Source: Naegleria gruberi
Lineage: Eukaryota
Assembly: GCA_000004985.1 (NCBI GenBank)
Contig: GG738871.1
Reading direction: 5' to 3' (one strand)
DNA: 64,000 nucleotides
A program made the position numbers and the translations under genes. Positions within the stretch are counted from its first letter, which is position 1. Each line of letters opens with the position of its first letter. The notes below the pieces were generated by a model, which had not been told where the DNA came from, did no database searches, and saw only the letters and a list, made by a program, of their open reading frames with translations. Below are positions 10,716 to 21,695 of the stretch, piece after piece.

Positions 10716-10943
10716 TGAAATATCTCCTCTGAGAGCACTTCTACTCCTCCACAAGGACATTTGGCTAGCCAAATCACAAGTACCAAAGACAATTTCCAGC
10801 ACAATTTCACATTTAGTGCATTCAGTCTCGGTAATAGACAATGTTTAGGAAAGAACTTTGCTCTCTTGGAAGCAACAATGATGTTACAAAAGTACGAACT
10901 CAAATTGTTAAATGATGAAAGTAAGGATCCATTGCACCAATAG
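10716..10943 (+). pseudogene. cytochrome P450 C-terminal relic (heme-binding loop only)
   Basis: Frame reads ..FQHNFTFSAFSLGNRQCLGKNFALLEATMMLQKYELKLL.. which is FxxGxRxCxG cysteine-ligand loop + L-helix; in-frame stop immediately upstream (TGA at 10716) and the preceding 1.3 kb is occupied by another + strand gene, so no room for the other ~430 aa. Confidence 0.55.
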
Positions 10944-11047
10944 ACCTACTAATTTGAAAATTCAAAGTCAACTATTGCCTCTCAATGAAAAATGATAATT
11001 ATCTTTTCCTTTTTAAAAACCACAATATTTAACGTTTTACTATTAGA

Positions 11048-11071
11048 ATTCTTGACAATATTGTCAAGAAT
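11048..11071. repeat. 24-nt perfect palindrome attcttgacaatattgtcaagaat plus flanking 13-14 nt inverted repeat (ggaattattctagt / actagaataattc at ~11084 and ~11161)
   Basis: Read directly from sequence; lies in intergenic space between P450 relic and 3' end of metalloprotease gene. Confidence 0.6.
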
Positions 11072-11235
11072 GTTAAAACTATCGGAATTATTCTAGTAAC
11101 CATTGATCAGACCTACTGTTAAGGTAATGTTATAGTAAGGCATTTATGCAAGATTACTAGATGACTAGAATAATTCTTTTAGAACTTTGAATTTAATCTG
11201 GGGTGGATTTGAAAAATTAAATTTTATATTATACA

Positions 11236-12894
11236 TTAAAAATAGGCTGTTTCATTTTCCAAGCCAGTGACTGTCTGAATATCACCACCTTCAGTCTTGT
11301 AGACAAGCATGAAACTCTTGAGAACATTTGGCCAAGTATCTCCAAAATTAGAATTGGTGACATGAATAGAACCAGTGTTGGCCAATTGTCTAGCTCTTTG
11401 AGTCAAATCTTGAGTTCCATAAGTAAAGCAAATAATCTTTTCTGGGGAGTGGACATAGCCAAGGTGCTTCTTTGATGACACATTAACATGTTGACCCTCT
11501 TGACATGTAACAAGATAATAATCACTTTCACTCTTCAAAACCATTGAGAAGGACTTTGGCCAACCAGGTAAACTATCTTCAAAGTTATGGTTATTGGCTC
11601 CAATATTAAAATTATTTCCACCACTTAAATCTTTTGAGTCCTCAGTTACATCCACAGGTCCATAAGCAGCTGCAAGAATGGACAGATTAGATGAATCAAC
11701 TGGAGCAACAGGTTGAGTAGTTGGTTTTGATTGTGGTGGACCATTGACATTCACAACACATTCTTTTTGATACAAGTGATGATTAAGAATAATCTTGATA
11801 CTATCATCGTGCCACATTGCTCCCTTTTCAGTAGTGGATGGACAAAATACTTGAGAATTTCCTGGTTCCTTAACACAAAAGAAGAGATTGAAATTGTCAA
11901 ATCCTCTTGCCATTATACCAGTTGAAGTGTGATCACAACCAAAACAATGACCCAATTCGTGCATTGAAGCACCAATACCAGTAGCACAGTTGGCATAATA
12001 AGTTCCACGACCAGCACTGTCATCTCTCAAATGTGACTTATCGACAGAAGTGTCATTCATAAAGGAAGCTTGGATCTTATCAACAGAATTAGGATATGAG
12101 TACATATTGACATCAGCCCACATTGCCAAATATCCCCCACCCAAGGCGGCTCCCAATTTAGTCTTATTCAATACAGGATCATAATAATGTCCACTAGTTA
12201 TACAATAATAAACAGTTTGTGGAGTGTGTTTTGAGCTATTGACCAATTGATTATGAATATGGCTATATGCAGCATTACCACCATCATTCATCCAATCATT
12301 ACTCAAACTGGCAAATTCCTCTCTCGTATACTTTTCAGAGTAAACAACATCAATGAGTGGCATATTCTTGTGGTGAGGATCAACTTCTAATGGGAATGTT
12401 CTTCTACCGTCCTGAACCTTCTCAGCACAGAATGTTTGCATCATCAACAAGGCTACTTGCATTCTCTTAATAGCCTCACTTGAATCATTCTTTTCGTGTG
12501 GCATATTTCTGAAAGAACCATCATGATCCTTGCAAACAAACCAAATTCCCTTAACCTTTGAACCACTTCCTGAACCAGCTACATTGATCATATTCGGATC
12601 ATAATTAACCTTAAAGTGCAAATCAGAGTCCTTTCCCGATTGACTCGAGAGGTGAATATTATTCTCTCCTTCCTCCAACAAGACGAGAGCCTTGAAAAAA
12701 GTTTCATAGATAGGGAATTGATATTGTGTTCTCTTTCCGGTCATGGCAGAGACACAACTCACAAATAAAACCTCACCGACATCACCCTTTGATGATGGAC
12801 ACTGACCAAATAACCTGATCAAGCTGTAGCCGAGAGAAGAACCACTCTCATGATTATGAACAATGATTTGAGGCATTATTTTTGTTAAGTTCAT
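11236..12894 (-). CDS. metzincin zinc metallopeptidase, M43 (pappalysin/ulilysin/cytophagalysin)-like
   Basis: HELGHCFGCDHTSTGIMARGF = HExxHxxGxxH zinc site followed by Met-turn; HE(I/L)GHx(L/F)GxxHT pattern typical of M43. Confidence 0.5.
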   Translation of the reverse strand: MNLTKIMPQIIVHNHESGSSLGYSLIRLFGQCPSSKGDVGEVLFVSCVSAMTGKRTQYQFPIYETFFKALVLLEEGENNIHLSSQSGKDSDLHFKVNYDPNMINVAGSGSGSKVKGIWFVCKDHDGSFRNMPHEKNDSSEAIKRMQVALLMMQTFCAEKVQDGRRTFPLEVDPHHKNMPLIDVVYSEKYTREEFASLSNDWMNDGGNAAYSHIHNQLVNSSKHTPQTVYYCITSGHYYDPVLNKTKLGAALGGGYLAMWADVNMYSYPNSVDKIQASFMNDTSVDKSHLRDDSAGRGTYYANCATGIGASMHELGHCFGCDHTSTGIMARGFDNFNLFFCVKEPGNSQVFCPSTTEKGAMWHDDSIKIILNHHLYQKECVVNVNGPPQSKPTTQPVAPVDSSNLSILAAAYGPVDVTEDSKDLSGGNNFNIGANNHNFEDSLPGWPKSFSMVLKSESDYYLVTCQEGQHVNVSSKKHLGYVHSPEKIICFTYGTQDLTQRARQLANTGSIHVTNSNFGDTWPNVLKSFMLVYKTEGGDIQTVTGLENETAYF

Positions 12895-13032
12895 TTCTTT
12901 CCCGCCATTATTTACAAGGAGAGTAGTTCAATGGTTCGTAAACCTAACCATACCACAAGAATCTTGTAAATATTAGTATTGTACATTACTATTATAATAA
13001 ATTAAAGTTGTATTAATATTTTGTCATGTCAA

Positions 13033-16000
13033 CTAATAGTAGGAATGAATGGAGAGGCGAGAAGGTTTTTTATCGTTACCATCCTCATTTGAACTTGTAT
13101 CAGAATTTGTACTCGATTCCTCCTCAAGGCAATAAGGTGTGTCTCTATAGAGTAAACTTGATTGATTCGGATAGGTTGGATGATAAGGTCCATATTTCAC
13201 AGACCAAGTGTAAAAGTCAATAATTTCATGATCATTGACGTGATATTCAGCACAATTAGTCTTGAAACAGAGGAAAATTCTAAAGGCATGTTCAATGGCT
13301 GCACTAACAGATGGAGAATAGGTTTCGAACCAAACAGGGTCTCTTCTTTTTGCTCTTCCCCATGATTGATAATCATTGATGAGTATGTACTTTGTAACGG
13401 TATCATCCTTTTTAGAGTAACTATCATGAGAGGAACCCTCAGATGATCTATCCTCAAAGGTTGATTTCATCCAAACGATTGAAATATTGCTTTTGTAAAT
13501 TATTTGATCTAGGTTTGGTTTAGAGTAGGCAATTTGATAGAAATTATCGTGTACAGGATGGAAACTCCCAATTGGAGTTTGTGATCCGGGTTCTACTGTA
13601 ATAAATTCAATATAGCTTGGAACATGAATGCAAGGAGGCTCTTTTTCATAATGGAAATTAGTTTTAATATCGTTAAATGTGCAAATAAAGAAGTGTCTCT
13701 TTTCATAGGAATAGGTCAATAACCCATTATACACTGTTCTAGCTTTCTGAATACTATCATATATTTTCCTATTACAAGTGTTAACCAATTTTTCTGTTAA
13801 CAATAAAACTTACTTTGGAGGATATCTGTTTGTTTTGATAAGTGCAATATTGAAATAATCAGAAGGTCTAGTATCCTCATCAAATACTAAATCTTTTGCC
13901 CATTTTTCTTCTGCAAGATGAGCATTTACTCCTTCTGGAGAATCATGGCTAGCAAGAATGTGCTTTGGATTTTTAGAGGTACATGCAAATTCAAACATTA
14001 GTAATCGAGCAAGTCCATGGACATGTTTTTGAATTTTTGCAAATGTATGAACTCTTGGATAGTGCAACAATTCGTTCTTAACTTTGCTATGGTGATATCC
14101 AGGCACAGAAACAGCAAATCCACGTTTGGCATACTTATAGAGTCTGTATTCATAGGTAGTAGATTGTCTATCGATATCCACCAAGTTGACACCATGAGCC
14201 AAGGATCTTCTACATCTATCAGTTGACCAAACAGTGTTTCCATCAAAACCAACAGAAGCAGAATCAATATCAAAAGAGAGCAACACTTCAGCAGGGGACT
14301 TGTAAATTCTCAATACTACTTGTATTGGTCTAGTTTTGTAACCGTAGAAAGTAACTGCATGCTTGGTTCTCATTATAATTACATCGTCATCCACCACCTC
14401 ATGTACTTCTGTTGATTTTTTTTCAGAACTGCTTGTAAAATAAAGATAATTACTGTCACTGCCTGGACCCAAATCACGAACAAGTCTCTTTTTCAAATTT
14501 CCCTTAATAGTGTTGTAGATGTGCTCGATTTTTTCCTTTGCTTCTTCCTCGTCGACTGCATACAGAAACAAGTCAATGTCTGATTTTTGAAAACTGGAAG
14601 GAATATCAGGATCTGGAATATACTTTGCTTGACTCTTATCTATACTTTCTATTGGTTCTGGTGGAGAAATATTTGATTGTTTCGAAGTTTGATTAGCTTT
14701 CTTTCCACTAATATTGTGTTTTCGTTTCTCGTTTGCATCAGCAATTTTTTTCCTTATCCATTCAAGACCGCTAAATCTCTGCAAATGAGATCCTAAAACT
14801 CCACACCCATTTGAAATGGACGAAAATTGATGGTATTGACTTTGTACAACTGTGTTTGCTTTGTTGGTACTTGTTTTCCAATATTTGAAATCACTTTCAT
14901 CCAAATCGAACGATAAGGTCTTCCTCTCCAAAATAGATGTTGTGCTATAATGCTCAGTCGAGGAAGCGGCTGGCATATATTCAGTCATGATAGTCGTCCT
15001 TTCAGTATCGTTTTCATCTCCTTTGAAAAGACAGCCCAAGACACCTCCACCAGCAGCAAAAATTCCATTCCAATCTAAACCTTCGAGAAGACCATGAGTA
15101 AAGTTGTACCAATTCTTCTTGAAAGTTTCCAAACTATTCACTAGTTTTGGTTTTTCAACATGTCTTGAATATTTCAACTTGTTTGACAAATCCAAAATCT
15201 TGGGACATTTCACATAGTCAATCTTGAATTTCTCTCCAGAGTGAATCTCATCCAACTTTTCGAAAACAGGTGATAGAGTCAAGTACATGTCATCTAGTAA
15301 TGGGGAATCTCTATGTTTAACATAGAACTTTCTTAGCCAATCATCCCTTTCCTTCATTTGAATATTTTCGCTGGAGAGCAATTCGATTGGATATCTCAAT
15401 CCATCCAAGTATTCATCTAGAAGCGTGTTCAAACCATAAAATTCTGCCTCCTTCTTGAATTGAAGTCTCTTTGCATCTGACATGGTAGCAGGAAAATGAT
15501 TAAACTTTCTATTACAAATCAAATAGCTATAAATTAAAGAAAATAATTCTGGATTTCTGTCAATAAATAAGTACCCATCGAGACCAACTCGAAAATTTGG
15601 AGATTGAATATATTTGGTCACAATAAAGTCGTCATGTTGAGCCAAAACTCTGAATGGAATGATAAACTTTTGACCTGATACGTTCAACTTGACTACCAAA
15701 TCTGCACTCTCAAAAAACTCGTCTTTCCTATTGTTATCAAGCAAAAAGTCCTGGTATTTTTTGGAAATTTCAGAACTCAATTGTTTGATAATTTGCTCCT
15801 TCTGTCTCGATTCTTCTTCAATCAGTTGCATATCCTTTTCAATAGATAGAATGGGTGGCTGTGATTTCATTGTAGCATTATTTTCACATTCCAAAACTTC
15901 AGAATTGTGATAGGTCCTCATTAGTAATTGAATATGATGTGAAAGTTTTTCAGTTTTGAAAAATTTTGACTCCTCCATAATACATTTCAACAAGTTTAAA

Positions 16001-16611
16001 TTAAACTTTTCAATACCAAGACATTTCACCTTCCCTGCCATTCTCAAATGTTCCAAAACAAACTCAAAACCTATTGGATTTCTATCTATAAATTGAGTGT
16101 TAACACTCTCTTCAGTGCCATCATATAATTTCAATTGATCTTTCATGGATTGAAATAAATTGTCTCCTGCCTTTACATATAAAAAGCTGTCAGCATCACA
16201 CATTGTGACTAGTCCCATCTCTTTGGTAAGTTCCTGTCTTATAGTTGAATCTTCATCGGTCAGTCGGTCACGATTTGAAATTTTGGTATCAACAGGAATC
16301 TTTCCAAAAGTAGCCTCTCCCATCAATGTTCCTCTGGTAGTATAGAATAATTTATCTTGAATTTTAATTACCACTACATAATTTTGCATACGTCCCACAA
16401 CTTGACAAGTCTTATCTTCTGATGATGAAGCATTGATGAGAAGATTTTTGGTATTTTCTAATTGATCTCGGAGTGAAAGATTAGCATGAAATTGATCAAT
16501 CAGAGCCTCATCCATTTGATGATGACCATGATCGTGCTCTGTACTTTGTGATGAGAGAACATTATTTAAATCCCTCTTCAGAGAAGATGAGGAAACTTCA
16601 TGTTGACTCAT
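13033..16611 (-). CDS. BTB/T1 (KCTD-type) domain protein with C-terminal WWE-like domain, ~1177 aa; two exons (13814..16611 and 13033..13768) joined by 45-nt intron 13769..13813
   Basis: T1/BTB_2 match VKLNVSGQKFIIPF...LFIDRNPELFSLIYSYLICNRKF...KKEAEFYGLNTLL. The 933-aa ORF and the 256-aa ORF are in the same frame separated by one TAA; the downstream ORF has no ATG in its first 111 codons. GTAAGT(donor, overlapping the TAA)...AATAG 45-nt intron restores ..NRYPPK|KIYDSIQKA... C-terminal segment SWGRAKRRDPVWFETYSPSVSAAIEHAF...IIDFYTWSVKY...LLYR resembles the WWE consensus. Confidence 0.5.
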
Positions 16612-16811
16612 TTTTCAATTTTTTGAAAAGAAGAATCAAACATTTTTAATTTAAAATTTCTTTGAAAAAGTTAACGTTAAAAAAACATTTCATTATTTTT
16701 CATTGGAGAAGATGTTGTTGTAGGAGACTTGGGATTGTTTTTGTTGGATTGTAGAGGTTTTATTATCGAACGTATGATAGCGTGGAAATGTGATGATGCA
16801 AATTTAAAAAA

Positions 16812-17834
16812 ATGGACGAAAATACTAACAAACAAATTAATGATGATGAAGAGAGAATGGAAATAGGCAAAGTTTCTCTTGTTATTAATAATACGAAAGG
16901 AAATTCACCCTTCTCTGACGATGTAATTGGTGAAATTCTATCTTTTCATGATGATTTTATATTTGTAGTGATGAAATGTGCACTAGTTTCGAAACAGTGG
17001 CTGAATATAATTATGGAAAGGAGTAAATTGTCACTAACATGTAACCATAGTAAAATGAAGGGTAGATTTCTACCAAATATTGTAACTCTAGAATGGACAT
17101 GTAGTAGATATCAAAAGTTTACATTTGATAGTGGAATATTTGGTACTATGAAACAATTAACCAAACTAAAAATTGGTGAAAATAATATTGGTGATCAGAA
17201 CGCCAAATGTTTCATTGAAATGAAACAATTAACCAGTCTTGATGTTTATCACAACAATATTTCTAAGGAAGGAGCCAAGTTTATTGGTGAAATGACACAA
17301 TTAACCTATCTCAATGTTAATACTAATAATGTTGGTGAACTGGGAGCCAAATATATCAGTAAGCTCAACCAATTAATCACACTCAATATTGGACTCAATT
17401 CTATTGGTGAACAAGGAGCCGAATATATTAGTGAAATGAAACAATTAACTGACCTAAATATTTATAGTTGTAACATTGGTAATCGAGGAGCCAATCATAT
17501 AAGTAGAATGAAACAATTAATCTCACTTAATACTGGTCGTAATGGTCTTGACGATGAAGGAGTCAAATATATTAGTGAATTGAATCAATTAAATTTTCTT
17601 AATATTGCAGACAGTAATATTAGTGAAGAAGGTTTAAACTACATTAGTGGGATGAAACAAATAATTCATCTAGATATTAGTAACAACTTTATTGATGATG
17701 AAGGAGCCGAAATCATTAGTAGAATGAAACAATTAACACGACTTGACATTAGTAACAATAGCATAGGTGAAGAAGGCACCAAATATATCAGTGAAATGAA
17801 AAAATTGACATATCTTGATATTGGTGAATTTTAA
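16812..17834 (+). CDS. F-box-like / leucine-rich repeat (RNI-like) protein
   Basis: N-terminal F-box-like IGEILSFHDDFIFVVMKCALVSKQWLNII, then ~24-aa repeats N.IG..GAKYISEMKQLT.L.I. The LRR pattern continues in a +1 frame for ~20 codons past the stop (NFNICLQGMEYLTELKQSTM), so the 3' end may carry a frameshift. Confidence 0.55.
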   Translation: MDENTNKQINDDEERMEIGKVSLVINNTKGNSPFSDDVIGEILSFHDDFIFVVMKCALVSKQWLNIIMERSKLSLTCNHSKMKGRFLPNIVTLEWTCSRYQKFTFDSGIFGTMKQLTKLKIGENNIGDQNAKCFIEMKQLTSLDVYHNNISKEGAKFIGEMTQLTYLNVNTNNVGELGAKYISKLNQLITLNIGLNSIGEQGAEYISEMKQLTDLNIYSCNIGNRGANHISRMKQLISLNTGRNGLDDEGVKYISELNQLNFLNIADSNISEEGLNYISGMKQIIHLDISNNFIDDEGAEIISRMKQLTRLDISNNSIGEEGTKYISEMKKLTYLDIGEF

Positions 17835-19146
17835 TATTTGTTTGCAAGGAATGGAATATCTTACTGAATTGAAACAATCAACCATGTGAATCATCTAATA
17901 TTTGAATTTCTGTTGTTATTAGAGCGAGGAAACACACTAGGTACTTCCTCACGTATCAAAAATTTTGAAGGAGGGCAATAGCCAATGGCAATTGACCATA
18001 TACAGGACAGCTTTTCAGAGTGCAAGGAAAAGCGTCGACTGCATAACTTTCCAACCTTCTTGATCATTGGAAAGTCCTTCAAGGTAAGTATGAAGATTTA
18101 AGAGAGGCAAAGTGGGAATATATTTGAAGGCATTTTAATCTACAATTTTGAAATAAAAATTATGGTAGTAATTTTTAATTAAAAAGCCATTCGATATCAT
18201 TGGGCAAGTTATTTGCTCATCTTCAGTCTCAATCCAAAAATTATGATTAAGTATTGGATTAACATGATTAAGCAACTCAGAAAGAGTGTAAACAAATAAT
18301 GAATCAAAAAGCTTATTTATTTTCTTTCCATCACATGATCATTAATTTACTAATAATTAACAATCAAAACACAAACATTCATAATGATCGCCATCATCAT
18401 CAAATTAATATTTTACATTAAAGCTAGTAGACCGAGTTGATTCAACCGGTTGGGTATTAAACAAGGAGATTTGATCCTTGTCGTGATGTTTTCTCTCAAC
18501 TGGTTGATCATCCGAAGGTTGACAAATTTCTCCCTTGATGGTTCTTCCTACTCCACTGAAGGGTTTGAAAGGATGTTGTTGTTGAGGTTCTGAAGAATCA
18601 TTAGAAGAAGAGGAAGGAGGAGAGTGATGCTCCGGATCATCGAAAGGATGCCTATTCATATTCTCTCTTCAATAGATGATATATTTGTTTTATTAGAAAT
18701 GATTATTATTGGAGGGAGAAGAGTTTGTAATTTAATAATTTGGGAAAATAGCTTGTTATGTTCAATAGATGAAATTTCAATTTACAAGAATGGTATGTTT
18801 CTTTAATTGTAATTCTCGTCAACATGCTATCTATTCGAAAGTGGTAAATATTAATTGTGCTTAGTACTCAATTTTAAAAGTGGTAACACCTTACCCCGCC
18901 GCGGGTATTAGTTCACTAATTACTTGTGAAATTCGTCAATATCTTTGTGATGGGGACCTTAAAAGAAAGGTTGTTAACTTTTGTATTGTGGTCTGTGGGT
19001 AAATTGACGAGACAGGTATGGACAGGTTGCCAAATTTACAACCAGCATGAAAGGATAATAGAAGAGGTTGAAACACTTAATTTTCATACCAACAGAAAAA
19101 AACAAATCCATTCGAAACATATTTCATCACTCTCTCGGATACTACT

Positions 19147-20241
19147 ATGAAGATAACTGTACTAATGCTCTTGACAGTAATGGCCTTTTTGTTGATGGGT
19201 GTCAACAACTCGAGACAAGAAACCATCATTGTCGATCCACCAAGTAATGTGAACAGAACACAAATTTACATTACACAAAACTTTGCTGATGTGATTGATG
19301 CTGCAACTGCTGCCTATATTACTACATCCAAGGTATGTCCATCCATAATTCTATTAATTCACATCATTTAAATTATTATTGGAAACCTTTCGTCACCACA
19401 CAGTGGACAACAAGTTTGGCAGATTATGGTGTGCCGTACAATGTACCAACTTGTGCTTCCTCTCCAGAATGGCCATCTACATTTGATTTCAAATCTGATG
19501 TAATGACAATGTGTTATGAGTTGGAAACTAATGATCCAGTAAGTATTTTATTCACATTTAAATGTGAAATACTTATCCATATTTATTCAATAGTGGGCTA
19601 ATATTCACGAATTGGCAGGAACTTTGCTCTTAGAACAGGTCAATAACAAGTATAAGAGAAATATTCAACCACAATTCATCAAATTAAATACTACCAAATT
19701 AGCTTATTGGGAAACTCTCAAACAAGCTGCTAATTTTGGAGACTGTAATGTAATTATTGCTTCAAATAATTATGATTTGGTTAGAGCTTCTCAGGTTCAC
19801 TTCCAATGCATGTATGGATCATCAGGTTATGGATATTTGAGAACTGGATTGGATTTGGGAACTGTCATTATTAATTCTGATAAGGATATTAACAATACTA
19901 ATGTAACTGTTGGCACATTTACTGGAACAATTTATGATACCTATGTCACTAACAATTTCCAAGCTGCCAAAATCACTAGAAAGAATGCTGGTTGGGTGGA
20001 TGTTTTCCAAATGGTTGTTGAAAACAAGATTCATATTATGGTAGCTGAAGCTACTGATTTGCGTAATTGGTTAAGCAAGAATCAATATCGATGCGCCAAT
20101 TGCACAACCAAAATTATGGGCATTCCATTCTCATACAGTTCGTTTGTTACAAAGAATATTATCAAATCTGCAAGCTCCACAATTGTCATGAATTTGGCAG
20201 TTGTGCTGATCAGCTTGTTGGTTGGCCTTGTTTGTTTTTGA
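19147..20241 (+). CDS. secreted/membrane-anchored protein, 3 exons (19147..19332, 19404..19538, 19594..20241), possible solute-binding-protein-like fold
   Basis: Signal peptide MKITVLMLLTVMAFLLMG. Introns 19333..19403 (GTATGT...CACAG, 71 nt) and 19539..19593 (GTAAGT...AATAG, 55 nt) join three in-frame ORF pieces. C-terminal hydrophobic tail (GPI/TM). Fold assignment is weak. Confidence 0.45.
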
Positions 20242-20345
20242 AATTAATTTTATCACAATAATTGGTAAATGCAAGTTTATCAGATAATTTATTCTCAATC
20301 ATATACCATATCATAGTATCATAATAAACATTATAATAAATAATA

Positions 20346-21473
20346 TTAAGGTTTATTTTCTTCTCTTAGTGTCAATAGACAATCAACAACCCAAGAATCG
20401 ACAACTTTCACCCGTTCATCACTTGATTGTGATAGACTATCCTCTTCACTCGACGATACTACAGTTGATGATGAAGCAGAAGAGGAAACAGTTGTATAGC
20501 TGGAGAACATTGATGCATTCGATGAGGAACTGGCAATTGAATTCTTTCTGAGACGTTTTGTGTCTGGGAAATTATTGGAGGTTGGTCTCTTCTTATTCTC
20601 ACTGTTCGGTAACAACCTTCTTCTAGCATTGATAAACCAATAGTTGATTCGTTTTTGACTTAGACCAGTTTGATTTTGAATTTGTATCTTTTCCTCTTCT
20701 GTTGGATATGGATTTTCTTTGTGGGAAAATAACCATTCTTTCATTATGGAAACAGCTTGTTTAGGGAGGTTTCTATTGGAGGTTGTTCGAAATGGATTGG
20801 CTTCTTCTTCTTCTTGTGGGTTTTCCATAACAATGGCTGAGTTTGAGGAGGATTCTTGGGCTTGTTTCTTGTTCTTTCTCCTAATAGAAGTATCGATCAG
20901 TGGTGCTTGAATAGTATGAACAGTAGAAGTGGATGTATTCGAAATAGAATTGCTTTGTACTCTTGAATTATTTACAATTAATGGCGTTCTAAAATCACAA
21001 GATGAAGAACCAACATTTGAAACTTGAAAAGTATTCTCAATAGAAGCAGAACAACCAACAGATGTTGGTTTTAATTTCTTGTTGGTTGACAAGTCCATAT
21101 TTACAAATGTCAAATGATTAGGAATGCATGATTGAGTTGTTTTCTTTTGATTTGGTGGATTCTCATACATTGCATTATATTTTGAAGGTTGAAAGGTAGG
21201 AACTGGAGTTGTTGAGGAAGGAAACAAATTGGTTGGATTGACTTGATGAAAAACAAATGACGTTTTAATAGGAGGAGAAATGTTTCTCGATACATGAGTA
21301 ATAGCTTGGGAATTATTCGAATGTGAAGGTGGAAACAATGGAACGAATGGTACAGGTTTTGGAGGACAACAATATTGTGTCAACGTTTGAATTGGAGGTA
21401 AACGAGTTGTGATTGCCTCGTTGTTGGTTGACAGGGTTGGCAGTTGATTGAAAGGGATGAGGTTTTGTGGCAT
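20346..21473 (-). CDS. TALE-class homeodomain transcription factor
   Basis: [53 protein letters not shown]: three-residue loop extension (PYP) and WFINARRR helix-3. Confidence 0.75.
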   Translation of the reverse strand: MPQNLIPFNQLPTLSTNNEAITTRLPPIQTLTQYCCPPKPVPFVPLFPPSHSNNSQAITHVSRNISPPIKTSFVFHQVNPTNLFPSSTTPVPTFQPSKYNAMYENPPNQKKTTQSCIPNHLTFVNMDLSTNKKLKPTSVGCSASIENTFQVSNVGSSSCDFRTPLIVNNSRVQSNSISNTSTSTVHTIQAPLIDTSIRRKNKKQAQESSSNSAIVMENPQEEEEANPFRTTSNRNLPKQAVSIMKEWLFSHKENPYPTEEEKIQIQNQTGLSQKRINYWFINARRRLLPNSENKKRPTSNNFPDTKRLRKNSIASSSSNASMFSSYTTVSSSASSSTVVSSSEEDSLSQSSDERVKVVDSWVVDCLLTLREENKP

Positions 21474-21695
21474 TTCTTATTAGTGTCAAAATAGGTTGAA
21501 CATAATCGTGTCAAATACGTTTTTTGGATGATTTACCAAAATGCAGTCAACGTCTGTTCTTAAATTGAATTGTTGATAAACGTGGTTATTATGCAAATCT
21601 TGTTCATTGTTGACGTCAATAGAAATGCCATTTGAAAAAGTATTTGTTTGGATTGATCTCTTTTAGAAAATTTCTAAAAATGTAACATGTAAGGA

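Noticed and set aside
13790-13813. A 20-nt intron GTAAGTTTTATTGTTAACAG at the same donor
   Set aside because: Length is not a multiple of 3 relative to the downstream frame and gives an immediate stop. The 45-nt alternative using the next AG (AATAG) preserves frame and matches the observed minimal intron size.
18405-18440. Possible tRNA T-arm-like string (accggttgaatcaac, reverse complement) near 18430
   Set aside because: It lacks the GGTTCGAATCC T-loop consensus and no matching acceptor/D/anticodon arms can be folded around it.
18861-18900. GC-rich mini-palindrome ccccgccgcggg in AT-rich DNA
   Set aside because: It is a short isolated feature (a SacII-site-like palindrome) and is not repeated nearby. 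There is insufficient evidence for function.
18926-19150. 74-aa ORF immediately upstream of the secreted 3-exon gene
   Set aside because: No motif, ends exactly where the downstream gene's ATG begins, and lies in what is more likely the promoter/5' UTR.
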